From a virus, in IMG/VR virus record IMGVR_UViG_3300031466_000074: a stretch of DNA of 64,000 bases; one strand, 5' to 3'. The notes below the pieces were generated by a model that did no database searches, was not told the DNA's origin, and saw only the letters and a program-made list of their open reading frames with translations. Position 1 is the first letter of the stretch, and each line of letters opens with the position of its first letter. Below are positions 11,501-20,586 of this stretch, one piece after another. Made by a program: the position numbers and the translations under genes.

Positions 11501-14500
11501 GCCAACATAGATATGGATGGTTTGTCCCTTCGTCAGGTAAATTTCACCCTTCGCATAACCACCCTTACCAGCCGCCGAGCCGCCACCTTGAGCGCCCCAA
11601 ACCTCCAGTTGATACTTACCCGTTGCCGGAGCCGTGTAGGTTTGGACACTGCCCGTATAGCTGAAGTTCTTCACCGGATCGGTAGCTGGAACTTCTGTAC
11701 CGCCACTGGAGCCACCTTCCAAGATGATTCGGGCAAAACCGTGACCAGAATGCCCCGTTTGCGTTCCACCACTCGGAGCGGGCATCGTTTGGTTGCCTGC
11801 GATGGTTTGCCCTTCGGTTACCCCACCAATATAACCAGAGCCGCCACCGCCGCCAGAGTCGTCAACCAACGAATGGTCGGAGTTTGCACCGCCTCCACCG
11901 TAGTAACCACCGCCGCCAGCACCGCCATAGTTTCCGTCGGAACCCGTTGTACCATTACCGCCTTTACCAAGCGAACCCCACTGTCCGCCACCAATACCAC
12001 CACTGCTTTGCGTACCGCCACGACCCGGATCACCGTAACGGTCTTCCCCGTCACCGCCAGACATACCGCCACCGTAACCACCGTAGCCCGCTTGAGCGCC
12101 ACCGCCGCCGCCAGCAACGATAATCCGATGTTCGAGTCCAGTTCCACCGAGCCTCATGTCGGTACCGCCGCCACCACCGTAAGCCACACCGCCAGTGCTA
12201 CCACCGCCGTTCCAGCCACCGTTTTTATCGCTAGTGGTACCCCCAACATAGACGTACAGCTTTTGACCTGCAGACAGATTAATCTTACCTTTCGAGTAAC
12301 CACCCTTACCGCCACGCGAACCACCACCCTGAGCGCCCCAAACCTCAAGGAGATAAGTACCAGAACGCGGAGCCGTGAAGACTTGACTGTTACCCGTGTA
12401 GTTGAACGTCCACTCACGCGTCAAGTTCGCATTATGCTCTTCCACCGCTTTTTGAATGATGGAATTGATATACGCATAATGGATACAGTTTGCGTCATGA
12501 ACGTGAACGTTGTTCTGCGACAGGGTATTGAGCGGATAGTTGTTGCAGATCAGCGTCGTTACCCCGTTCACTACACCCCAACATTCAGTGGTGTGAGTAT
12601 GTGTGTACTGCTGATCATGAGCCTGCGTATAGATATAGCAAGCCTCGGTATGATGATCGGTGCCGCCCTTCTTCACGATCTTGAGGTTATCGAACGTGAA
12701 GTTCGCTTCATAGTTTTCGTTTGCGCCCCAAGTACCGATATGGAGACGCGACCCAATCCGGTTCGTCAGAGGGTTCGGTTCAGCCTTCAACGTCGCCGTG
12801 CGCTCAGAACCATTTACCCAAACTCGCGTATCCTTCGCGCTACCTAAACTCATATCAACGCGAAGTTTGAAGACGGTATTATCATGCGGTACATCCCCAA
12901 AGGTAATATCCGCACCCTTACCTGTGGAGAGTGAGAGATACTTCTGATTCGCCGGAATCCACAAGGTGTAACCGTCAAAGGAAACCAACATACGACCCTT
13001 ACTACTTACCGAAGGAATCTTAATGTCCATCTCAACCGAAACAACGTCTTTATTGAGGTTCGTTACCCCCAAATCCGCAAGGTTGAAGGAGAGACGTTGC
13101 CCAGTGATTCGCATCGCATTACCAGAACCCAGACCATTCGAACCTGAAACGATACTTACCGTTCCGGTGCGGAAGGTGTTGATATATGCACCTTTCGTCA
13201 AGTTCATGAGTTGAGTACCATTAGTATTGGTGAAATCGAAACGTGCCAACTCTTCGTCCAAATGATAACGACAGTTCAACACCCGGAACTCACAAAGCTC
13301 TGGGTCAAGAGGACAGACTTCCAACGCCGCACGTTCTGCGATAAGATTCGCCGCGCTACCCGGAGGAAGTTCAACACGCTGGTCACGCAAATCCGGGAGC
13401 GAGATAATCATCGCATTTTCGACCGCGACAGGCGTATGAATGACCACATCATTGACCTTCGAGTGCATGTCCGAATATGGAGCTTTCACAACTACCCCAA
13501 GTTGATTACCGTAGTCCGGTTGCGCTTTTGCTCTATAAGTCGAAATTTTGAGTTCCTGCTCCGTATTCTTCGACTCCCAGCTCAAAATTCGCTTATAAAA
13601 GACATCGGCGTCACCTGTCGTATACAAACCGTTTTGGGTAGTCGGAATAATATCAGCACTGTTCCAAATATAGAGCTTGCTCGGACGCGCTGGACGAGTG
13701 CGCGAAGCATTTACCCCGGCTCCATTACTGTCAAACTTAGTGGCGATAGGACGTTCACCCGTTGGTGCGTTATTCAAAACCGTACCAGTAGTCTGATCCA
13801 GACCCCAATACTTCTTGTTATTATTCGCACCAGTACCCGTCAGCATGAATTTACCATTGTAGGAACCAACATAAATTTGGTTCACTTCCCACTTAGCCGC
13901 CGAGTTCGGGTTGTTATCCCACATTTCCTCTTTGGTTGCCTTAACAGGATCGAACTGCTGTTGAGCTTCCTTCGGCGTGGAATCCTTCTCAAAGTAAATA
14001 ACCGCTTGGTCGCCGGAGGACGTTTGCAAAATCAACATGTCAGAAATGATGGTTGCGACGTTCTTGGCTCTCCGACGCGCATCGAATTTCTTCCATTCAG
14101 GCGTTTTAACGTCGACGTCATCCGCAAATGAGGAGTAACCTGTATTTACCCCGCCTCGACTGCGATGGTAGTTCTCCTCCGTGGTGTACTTCGTGTTGTT
14201 ATAGAGAATACCAGTCGCCCACTTATTCGTATGCCCACCCTTAGTAGGTGAGTTCGGGTTACCGTTGTCTCCCATACCATCGGACTTATTCGACCTCGGT
14301 CCTTCATTGTACACAACGGTGTCATGCTGATTCCAGTCAAGTGAATACCGGATGCGTCCATGCTTACTAGACTGCGCCGCGACATCATCACCATTCGCAT
14401 TCTGCTCTGCGATGTTGTAGAAGATCGTCGGATCACCTTGACGAATCGTTGCCTTCAAGGTGTCATTGTTATCCCCAAGCAGATTCTTCACTTGGGTAAT

Positions 14501-17164
14501 GCGACCTTCCTGAATCTTATAAACCTCGACCTTCAAAATCTTCATATAGTCGAAGGTTACTTTTTGCTTCCAAGTGTCTTCAACACCCGGAAGAATATGC
14601 AGACAGTTCGGTCCGCACAAATAGTGCGCTGGAACTTCAAAAGTCACCGTAATCGTAAAGTTCCCATCAGGGGAAGGATTCGTAGTAACCGTTACGGAAC
14701 AAGGTGCACTTCCGCCTTTAGGTAGTGGTTTCCAACAACTTCCCGAGTTAGACGCATCTTTCGGTGGATTCGGATTATCTGTAGTAATCCGTGCGTTCCA
14801 ACCCGTCTTTGAACGAGTGACCTTATCACTAGCAGAGGTATGAGTCTGCGTATGTGCATTAACCTCGTTGATATACGCCTGAGCTTCCTGCTTTGCCCGA
14901 TTATACTCCGTCATATCAGGCTCAGCCGGAACTACAACCGTAAGGTTACCAGAGCCAGTCTGAGTCTTCGGCTTCGCTTTATTCGGAATGGTACCAGTCC
15001 AAGTCTTAGTGTACACACCGCCATTATGTGGGTCTACCGTATAACCACCAAGGGTAAACGGTTTTGCCGTATCCCCTTCCTTAAACTCATCAGGTACCCC
15101 ACCCGTGAAGTAGGAGCGATACGTCCGCCATACCGAATCGACATCTTCCTTATATTCAAGTTGAATATCGACGATAAACTCACTACCCCCAACACCTACA
15201 TACAAGCGCTTGTTGGAAGGTACACCAGACATAGCGTCCCACTGTTCTTGGTCAGGTTGATTATCCTTAAACTCCGCATAAGCAGAAGGTGAAGACGTGT
15301 AAATGATTGGATCAACCTTTGGTGGGTCAGGGTCGCGGATATACTCAGCGTAGTCACTGTTCGTGTAATATGTGTACTCTTGCTTTTGTCCAGTACGATC
15401 CGTATAGTAGAAAGTCAAAGCCAGCACATAATCAAAACGACGAGTTTTGTTAGGCTCGATGGTATCGTTGATTGTTGCGATATCTTGTGTTTTAAGGACA
15501 TGTTTCCCTTCAAGCCACTCAATGAACCAATTCGAGTCCAACCCAAACCCGTTACCTGCACCTCGATCAAGGTTAGCCTTACCATCAGGTTTCGGTGTAC
15601 TAGACCGACGAGCTTCCGTAATCTTAACAATAACCATTTGCTGATTATTGACAAACTGCTCTTTCCACGCCGCGATCATTTCAACCGCACTTGGATCGTG
15701 CGTCAACTCCAATGGAGTAGGTACCCCAATCGTTTCCGAACGCCCTACCCGATAAGGTGCCTTATACTCAGAAGGAATAGTCAAACGAACCTTTGCACCT
15801 TTCGGAGGTGGACACTTAGAAGGATCTTCCGGACAATCTGGCTTTAACGTAATATCCTCCTTGGGCTTATCAAGAGCTTTTGCACTTATCGCGATAAAAC
15901 CAAGGATGTTCCCGGAACCATTTGGATTCGTACCAAAAATCAGAGCGTCCATCGCGCCAACATTAGAACTAGTTGGCTTCCAAGTACCCGAGGACTTAGC
16001 GGAAGTACTGTAATACATACCCGGATACGCGATAGCCGATGAACCGTGAGAGAAGGGGTTATTTTCATCGTAAGCGTTTGAAATGCGATACTGGTTAGAC
16101 CCTTCATCCTCAATCGTCTTATCAACGATGTAGTCCAGCATCTTATGCGTATTTCCGGCAACCGAATCATCCAACTTCGTCGTGTTGTACAAATCCCAAC
16201 GAGAGTTGATCGACGTATAAAACATGAAGTAATCCAAACTTGGAATAATCGTCATCTTACCCCCAGTGTAACTTACCGTGAGGGCAGTATCAATGACGAT
16301 GGAAACCGGAAGACCGCCGCCCTCCAAATTACCGTAGCGCATCGCATCCTCGATGGCACTATCCCACTCTTGCCGTTCGGGGGTTCCCGGATTAGTCAGA
16401 GCGCGACCAGCAAAAAGTAGACCGAGGAAACCGCGAAAAACTTCCTCTTTCTCCTCCTCAGTCATATCAGTATATTTCTTGCTTGCATTCGGGGAAATGA
16501 ACTTATCAGCGCGATTCTTAATATCATAAGTCCGCATATCCGAGTTCCCACCAGTAGGAGCAAGGATATACGACCAGATCGCAAGAGCATGCTCTCGTGT
16601 GGTTTCATCCGCCTTTTTCTTCCACTCTCCACTTTTTACTAACTCCGCATAATTTGCATTCCCCGTAAACGACCACCCGTTAAGGGATGAATCGCGTCCG
16701 GTGTTGTAAGGCGTACCCCACGTAGACGTTTGTAGAAAGACCACGCGTGCCTTAGCCTCCGGTGAATTCGCCGTCTCCAGCTTCTTCTGCCCAGAGTTAT
16801 ACCACGCGATCTCATAATTACCGTTGCTATACAACCCTTTCACGGCATCGGCAACCATGAAAATCCCATTTTTATTCTTCGGGAAGCGATGCGAAAAAGT
16901 CTTACGCATTTCCACATATACCCCATCCTGCGGGTTGCGAAGACCCTCGTCCCGCACAACACCGACCCGGAATGTCAGGTAGTCGATGTGCTTAATACCA
17001 CCACTCAACCCGGTGGTAGCACCGGTTGAAGAAATACTTCCCGTACTACCCGTCGTAACGTCCGCATGAGCGATGTCCGCCATTTGAAAGAAGGACGAGA
17101 AGAACATGACAAACACCATCAAGTATGCGAAGATACGGGTCTTAAGGCTGTACTGTGGACTCAT
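8573..17164 (-). CDS. Giant secreted multidomain adhesin-like protein (2863 aa): two glycine-rich domains, a LamG-like jelly roll and His/Cys clusters
   Basis: Signal peptide ending IAHA|D; two copies of (F/N)xYTG...LEVWGAQGG...GGKGGY Gly-rich domain; beta-rich LamG-like segment; HxH...C motifs. Confidence 0.8.
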   Translation of the reverse strand: MSPQYSLKTRIFAYLMVFVMFFSSFFQMADIAHADVTTGSTGSISSTGATTGLSGGIKHIDYLTFRVGVVRDEGLRNPQDGVYVEMRKTFSHRFPKNKNGIFMVADAVKGLYSNGNYEIAWYNSGQKKLETANSPEAKARVVFLQTSTWGTPYNTGRDSSLNGWSFTGNANYAELVKSGEWKKKADETTREHALAIWSYILAPTGGNSDMRTYDIKNRADKFISPNASKKYTDMTEEEKEEVFRGFLGLLFAGRALTNPGTPERQEWDSAIEDAMRYGNLEGGGLPVSIVIDTALTVSYTGGKMTIIPSLDYFMFYTSINSRWDLYNTTKLDDSVAGNTHKMLDYIVDKTIEDEGSNQYRISNAYDENNPFSHGSSAIAYPGMYYSTSAKSSGTWKPTSSNVGAMDALIFGTNPNGSGNILGFIAISAKALDKPKEDITLKPDCPEDPSKCPPPKGAKVRLTIPSEYKAPYRVGRSETIGVPTPLELTHDPSAVEMIAAWKEQFVNNQQMVIVKITEARRSSTPKPDGKANLDRGAGNGFGLDSNWFIEWLEGKHVLKTQDIATINDTIEPNKTRRFDYVLALTFYYTDRTGQKQEYTYYTNSDYAEYIRDPDPPKVDPIIYTSSPSAYAEFKDNQPDQEQWDAMSGVPSNKRLYVGVGGSEFIVDIQLEYKEDVDSVWRTYRSYFTGGVPDEFKEGDTAKPFTLGGYTVDPHNGGVYTKTWTGTIPNKAKPKTQTGSGNLTVVVPAEPDMTEYNRAKQEAQAYINEVNAHTQTHTSASDKVTRSKTGWNARITTDNPNPPKDASNSGSCWKPLPKGGSAPCSVTVTTNPSPDGNFTITVTFEVPAHYLCGPNCLHILPGVEDTWKQKVTFDYMKILKVEVYKIQEGRITQVKNLLGDNNDTLKATIRQGDPTIFYNIAEQNANGDDVAAQSSKHGRIRYSLDWNQHDTVVYNEGPRSNKSDGMGDNGNPNSPTKGGHTNKWATGILYNNTKYTTEENYHRSRGGVNTGYSSFADDVDVKTPEWKKFDARRRAKNVATIISDMLILQTSSGDQAVIYFEKDSTPKEAQQQFDPVKATKEEMWDNNPNSAAKWEVNQIYVGSYNGKFMLTGTGANNNKKYWGLDQTTGTVLNNAPTGERPIATKFDSNGAGVNASRTRPARPSKLYIWNSADIIPTTQNGLYTTGDADVFYKRILSWESKNTEQELKISTYRAKAQPDYGNQLGVVVKAPYSDMHSKVNDVVIHTPVAVENAMIISLPDLRDQRVELPPGSAANLIAERAALEVCPLDPELCEFRVLNCRYHLDEELARFDFTNTNGTQLMNLTKGAYINTFRTGTVSIVSGSNGLGSGNAMRITGQRLSFNLADLGVTNLNKDVVSVEMDIKIPSVSSKGRMLVSFDGYTLWIPANQKYLSLSTGKGADITFGDVPHDNTVFKLRVDMSLGSAKDTRVWVNGSERTATLKAEPNPLTNRIGSRLHIGTWGANENYEANFTFDNLKIVKKGGTDHHTEACYIYTQAHDQQYTHTHTTECWGVVNGVTTLICNNYPLNTLSQNNVHVHDANCIHYAYINSIIQKAVEEHNANLTREWTFNYTGNSQVFTAPRSGTYLLEVWGAQGGGSRGGKGGYSKGKINLSAGQKLYVYVGGTTSDKNGGWNGGGSTGGVAYGGGGGTDMRLGGTGLEHRIIVAGGGGGAQAGYGGYGGGMSGGDGEDRYGDPGRGGTQSSGGIGGGQWGSLGKGGNGTTGSDGNYGGAGGGGYYGGGGANSDHSLVDDSGGGGGSGYIGGVTEGQTIAGNQTMPAPSGGTQTGHSGHGFARIILEGGSSGGTEVPATDPVKNFSYTGSVQTYTAPATGKYQLEVWGAQGGGSAAGKGGYAKGEIYLTKGQTIHIYVGGQGSRGTGTNGVLAGGWNGGGDVVSPYADGNNSSGGGATDIRVGGTNLSNRVIVAGGGGGVVTPMTATPHGGGTSGLAGTHNSTVTGTGGTQTGGGTGNYGNGELGKGANGSRAGAGGGYYGGGTSWGSYYGSGAAGGGGSGYIGGVTNGTLLAGDQAMPNPSGGTMTGRSGDGYARITPLTKFETSGLDISTTGMFGYTWAQLLGSQWSSILTITDNNGFITATLNQANLNARANTIPKTMPDGSSNPFLICMLSIGGYTSLGAMEGASLRQGASIVDQTYPGTNLKFKTIKLASGSDVPTATSKTLNLKPNAEYIVEFSYWTSGGTTKFNVDLYPDMLPEHHLTASSTVKKAQLSFKSGNANMANAALRFFNDLQRPNPTDVYITGIRIYPKPIYNAHEHNESCRLIKTLDCTEPHHIGQHYDKGNTICWDACGIDENHKKDHEHVQLPGGGSVTRSNFINLDYTFTLYFPNRGNFAEQPNMRGISTTMYTRGYGYTNNMDTTQYTAAKRVRFDFHVIYNNKLYRSGTWIDLPVNQEYFEFYLPLANKESVSAQVQFEAVPINGRPIGSPFNENYIDTANRARYAGIRALHGAYKQSYIDVVGRVGNFAVMDTEDFRFSNLFKEAKNDGTWQVEGLVPTVDPTKQNRYYGDLIDIRGVAYNKTNTYLDTYGNQSWKNKPPLALPVNALDNTIPALQGQYLKIGYDILADLTTIGDYQNGLVRVLPYYYKLDLDKGTITPLDVYTKVGDEYKPINKYRAADNGTLPTDLAPYNVSMSWADERERRNYSLSEATITERITNFYEEIITDSSGEKVIGRKQLPAPAGSYTSMGNAQRLVLDKKMRTFIGSSTTNGVNRNPGNVLPITDYDFQAQRWHLKFGVPSSAVFVPHGMQPTLENIESVKAGNSLILLAADIVVLGDVYTLRYQQPGVNSFTASKNGVTRTFSLVNSGLPPVIALYDTDTSSIIDIATKGSH
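10960..12414 (-). repeat. Tandem duplicated glycine-rich domain (about 230 aa x2) inside the giant protein
   Basis: Both units begin NYTGNSQVFTAP / SYTGSVQTYTAP + LEVWGAQGG and end GGGGSGYIGGVT...MPxPSGGT..GxSGxG(F/Y)ARI; copies at about 11725-12414 and 10960-11670. Confidence 0.85.
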
Positions 17165-17399
17165 CCGAAATTCCTCCTTTCTTACGTCTAAAGAAACGCG
17201 AAAACCAAGGTTTTCGCGACGGAACTTTAGGCGTTAATTGAGCTTCTAGAAGCGACGACATACTGTCCGAGAACTCCGTGGAAACTTCTTTCTGGGGGCG
17301 GTAAGTACCCCCTTCCTGCTCGGAATGCTTATCCGCTTCCTCCAATAACTCGTTCAGCCGATCCGTCAGGGTAATTCGAGTCTTAACCACACATACCAC
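17142..17399 (-). CDS. Small hypothetical protein with basic amphipathic C-terminus
   Basis: 85 aa; KPWFSRFFRRKKGG tail; overlaps the start of the giant gene. Confidence 0.55.
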   Translation of the reverse strand: MVCVVKTRITLTDRLNELLEEADKHSEQEGGTYRPQKEVSTEFSDSMSSLLEAQLTPKVPSRKPWFSRFFRRKKGGISDESTVQP

Positions 17400-17402
17400 C
17401 CC

Positions 17403-18128
17403 CTAACCTGCTTCATGGTCGAGTTCAGCTTCATCCCGATTCGAATACCCCACCACTGTGAAAACTAACTTGGTGTCAGGATCGACAGGTTCCGCCCGCT
17501 TACTTTTGTAAGCCTCGGTCAAACAACCCAAATACTCCCGATACGACAAGCCGGACAGAATATCGCGGTCAAAGGTAAGTACGACCGGATAATTCAAATC
17601 CTCCGTGCGCACAAGATATTTGAGTTTGACCGGATTCTCGACCTGCATCAAGGTTCGATTAAGTTCCTTGAAAGACAACGGCTGAATCCGAAGAATGTTA
17701 TTGGGGAACGAGAGCTTAAAAGCGCTCCGCAGATTCCACGCATTCAAACCCAACAACTCGCGACTGGAAACGTAAGAGTCATCCAACATGTCCTGAATTA
17801 TGCTTCCATTCAAAGTTTTGAAGAATCCGAACCCTCCGGTATTTTTGAAGATCAGAAAAAGATTCAATTGTTGAAGGGGTGCGCAAACATAACTCAGGGC
17901 AGAGACTTCACGTTTAACGCGATAGTAAATCTCTTCCTGCACAGGTGCAGGAAGATCTTGCAAAAGTGGTTGCAACAACGAAAGATCCATAAGAACACCC
18001 CTGTGCCCGTAGTGTATAAAATACTCCTCACTCAACAGTACGGAAATAAAGTCTGAAAGAGCCGAAAAATTTCCGGTAACAGGGAATAAGATGCTTCCAA
18101 CAGGAAAGAAAAGGACAATCGCCTTCAT
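17403..18128 (-). CDS. Hypothetical protein
   Basis: 241-aa ORF whose start overlaps the stop of the ATP-grasp gene (TAATG coupling). Confidence 0.6.
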   Translation of the reverse strand: MKAIVLFFPVGSILFPVTGNFSALSDFISVLLSEEYFIHYGHRGVLMDLSLLQPLLQDLPAPVQEEIYYRVKREVSALSYVCAPLQQLNLFLIFKNTGGFGFFKTLNGSIIQDMLDDSYVSSRELLGLNAWNLRSAFKLSFPNNILRIQPLSFKELNRTLMQVENPVKLKYLVRTEDLNYPVVLTFDRDILSGLSYREYLGCLTEAYKSKRAEPVDPDTKLVFTVVGYSNRDEAELDHEAG

Positions 18129-18922
18129 TAGACGATTGTCCGGGAAAGGAAATCCCGCGATTTATCGCTGGTTGAAAAAGTACGAACCAACTCATAATAG
18201 GTAGCCGAATACATCGACGGGAGCGAGGTATGCCCAAAACCATACAAACCGCAACTATAAAAGTGATGCATCTCCACCGGAACGGTGAATGTTCGACCTT
18301 TATACCGCATCAAACCAATGTCGAGCGTGTAAGCTATCGGGATGCGAACAGCGGCGTAAGAAGCACGACGGTACTCTTCGAGAACACGAACAAAGGTTTT
18401 CAAGCGATCTGAATTGAAGTGCCTGTCGTAGTCCCCCAAATATTGACGTACCCCAAGGATTTCATCGCGAAAAACGAAAACTCGCCACTCCGCTTCAAAG
18501 TCCACGTACTCAGAGATGAAATATTTCCCCGAAAGGGTAATTTCCCCCTTAGAACGGAAAGGTGGGTTGCCTTTATATCGCTCAAGCGGCTTCACGAACC
18601 AATCCCCTTTAGGGATTTCCGATACCCCCGTGATTGTGAACACCCGGCGAATCGCCATTTTCGGTACTGTTAACGGGTACGGAAGTTGAAGCGGAGGAAC
18701 TCGCTCAATGCCGTGGTCACGCTTCAGAACCGCCTCCACAAAGTCAATGGAACCGACCGGAACCGTACCAAAAGGAACCTCATCCAATGAACGGTAGGCA
18801 GTTAAAGTATGATCGCTGGTACCTCGAAAGTCCCGAAGGAAGTTGATTTGCTCGCGGAGGGTGTAGACCGAGAGATCGGCAAAATGCCCTTCCGCATCAA
18901 GCAGAGTGGAGAAATTCGCCAT
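18128..18922 (-). CDS. ATP-grasp domain protein (DUF4343 / R2K-clade-like)
   Basis: WFVKP, ISEYVDFEAEWRVFV, YTLDIG and VEMHHFYSCGLYG match this ATP-grasp family pattern. Confidence 0.75.
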   Translation of the reverse strand: MANFSTLLDAEGHFADLSVYTLREQINFLRDFRGTSDHTLTAYRSLDEVPFGTVPVGSIDFVEAVLKRDHGIERVPPLQLPYPLTVPKMAIRRVFTITGVSEIPKGDWFVKPLERYKGNPPFRSKGEITLSGKYFISEYVDFEAEWRVFVFRDEILGVRQYLGDYDRHFNSDRLKTFVRVLEEYRRASYAAVRIPIAYTLDIGLMRYKGRTFTVPVEMHHFYSCGLYGFGHTSLPSMYSATYYELVRTFSTSDKSRDFLSRTIV

Positions 18923-18953
18923 CGGTTACACCCTCCTTTCAGCGATACAGATA

Positions 18954-20213
18954 TCAAAGATACGTGTCGGCAAGCTCCAACTCGGTGACGAGATGTCCTT
19001 CCGGGGTGAGAGGGATTACCCCTGCCTCTCCACCGTACTTGAAATGAATCGTGTTGCCCGGATACGCCTCCAAAAGCAGAATATAAACCGGAGCATAGAG
19101 CGGTACGTTCACCACTTTGTTGCCCGTAGCGGTGAGTACCCCATCACCTTCAAGAACAGCGACCGGAGTGAGTTTGGACTTACCTTTCTCCCACTTAATA
19201 CGGGAGATGGTACCGCTGTAATTTTCCTGCTTCCACTTCCCGAGCTTCAAGGCAAGGTTTCCGTAACGGAACGATTCCTCCTGCCCCATCGCGGCAAAGA
19301 CAGAAAGGTCGTCGACCGTAAGAACCAAACCGTCAGTGTAATAGGGATAACCTTGCGTCTCTTGCGCCGCTTTCTGGAGAGCGGTGTTGATGGTCATGTC
19401 CAGATCACGCACCGAGGACTGCATGGTGAAGAAGTAAGGGGTCTTGAACCCCAAAGACGCGAGAAAATTGAACTTCTCCGTGAGCGTGGCGAAGCGCAAC
19501 CCGTCCGCAAGAATATCATAGAACACCACGTCCAACAGACGCGTCTCCTCCGGCGTAGCCGAAGCCCGAATCATGGACGCGACCGCCGTAAATGCCGACT
19601 TGATTTGCGGGTTAAACGAACGCGCCTTCGCCAAATTGGAGAACGGCAGAACCGCCTCAGCGCGGGCTTCCACCAACCCGTAAGGGGCTAAGGTCGGATG
19701 GTACTCGCCCAAAATGAGCCGCATTTGCGGCGTGAGATCTTTCCCGACCGTCGAACGACCGCGAGAAGTTGCCTTAACAAGATGCCCGTCCTTCCAAACG
19801 ACACGGATGCCGTGACCGTTGAGCTTAATGCCAAAATGAAACGTATGCAAACCGGGCGGGAGTGCATCCTTGAACGTTTGCACACATTTGTCCGAAAGAG
19901 ACTTGACCGTCTGGATGGACAGCATCGGATAAACCTTCAGGAAACGATCAAGGTCGGCATCGAATACCCCCTGCGGGTCGTCAGCCGACCAAACGGTCTT
20001 GAGAACCGGGGAGTCCGGGTGAAGTTGCTGAAGATAATCCTTCAACGTGTCATATACCCCATCAGACACCAGTTCTTCACCACGTTGCGCGGCTTCATTC
20101 AATTCGAGGATCGCAGATTCCAAACGGTCGATAAGCTCCGCTCGTTGCTCCTGCGCCTCAATAAAGTTGAAGCGCGTGAATATCCACTGCAACCTATCAT
20201 TCAAAGAGGACAC
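18954..20213 (-). CDS. ligA: Minimal NAD+-dependent DNA ligase (LigA-like: Ia + adenylation + OB; lacks Zn finger, HhH and BRCT)
   Basis: VSDGVYD (Ia), motif I KLNG, SRGRSTVGKDLT, DGLVL, LALK, KSKLTPVAVL (OB); ends at 419 aa. Confidence 0.8.
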   Translation of the reverse strand: MSSLNDRLQWIFTRFNFIEAQEQRAELIDRLESAILELNEAAQRGEELVSDGVYDTLKDYLQQLHPDSPVLKTVWSADDPQGVFDADLDRFLKVYPMLSIQTVKSLSDKCVQTFKDALPPGLHTFHFGIKLNGHGIRVVWKDGHLVKATSRGRSTVGKDLTPQMRLILGEYHPTLAPYGLVEARAEAVLPFSNLAKARSFNPQIKSAFTAVASMIRASATPEETRLLDVVFYDILADGLRFATLTEKFNFLASLGFKTPYFFTMQSSVRDLDMTINTALQKAAQETQGYPYYTDGLVLTVDDLSVFAAMGQEESFRYGNLALKLGKWKQENYSGTISRIKWEKGKSKLTPVAVLEGDGVLTATGNKVVNVPLYAPVYILLLEAYPGNTIHFKYGGEAGVIPLTPEGHLVTELELADTYL

Positions 20214-20289
20214 TGAAAAACCTCCTTACCGCAAAAGGATTTGACTTTTATAAAAATTGTAACTTGTAAGTTGGCAAAAAGAAAGCCCC

Positions 20290-20586
20290 TCACTCAGAGG
20301 GTGCGTAATAATATCCGGTTCCGCATTTGTTGCACCAAGCATAAACCAACGGAGTCCCATCAGGAAAAGTCGCCTGATGCGACTGAAGAATGGTTACCCC
20401 CGTGGGGACACAGGCGTGGCGAAAAATCTCCGGTGGTTCCTTGAACTGCCTAAACGCTACCGGACGTGGCGCACGAATAAGCTGATTGAGAAATACCTCT
20501 AAATTCGCCTTCGTCCGACGAGGTGGCTTAGGAGATTCCATCGGTGGAACACCCGGATGCGGTGGTTGATTCGGAAACCCCTGCAT
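20290..20586 (-). CDS. Small Pro-rich protein with possible Zn ribbon
   Basis: Strong RBS AAGGAGG; HAC...WCNKC Cys/His cluster. Confidence 0.6.
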   Translation of the reverse strand: MQGFPNQPPHPGVPPMESPKPPRRTKANLEVFLNQLIRAPRPVAFRQFKEPPEIFRHACVPTGVTILQSHQATFPDGTPLVYAWCNKCGTGYYYAPSE

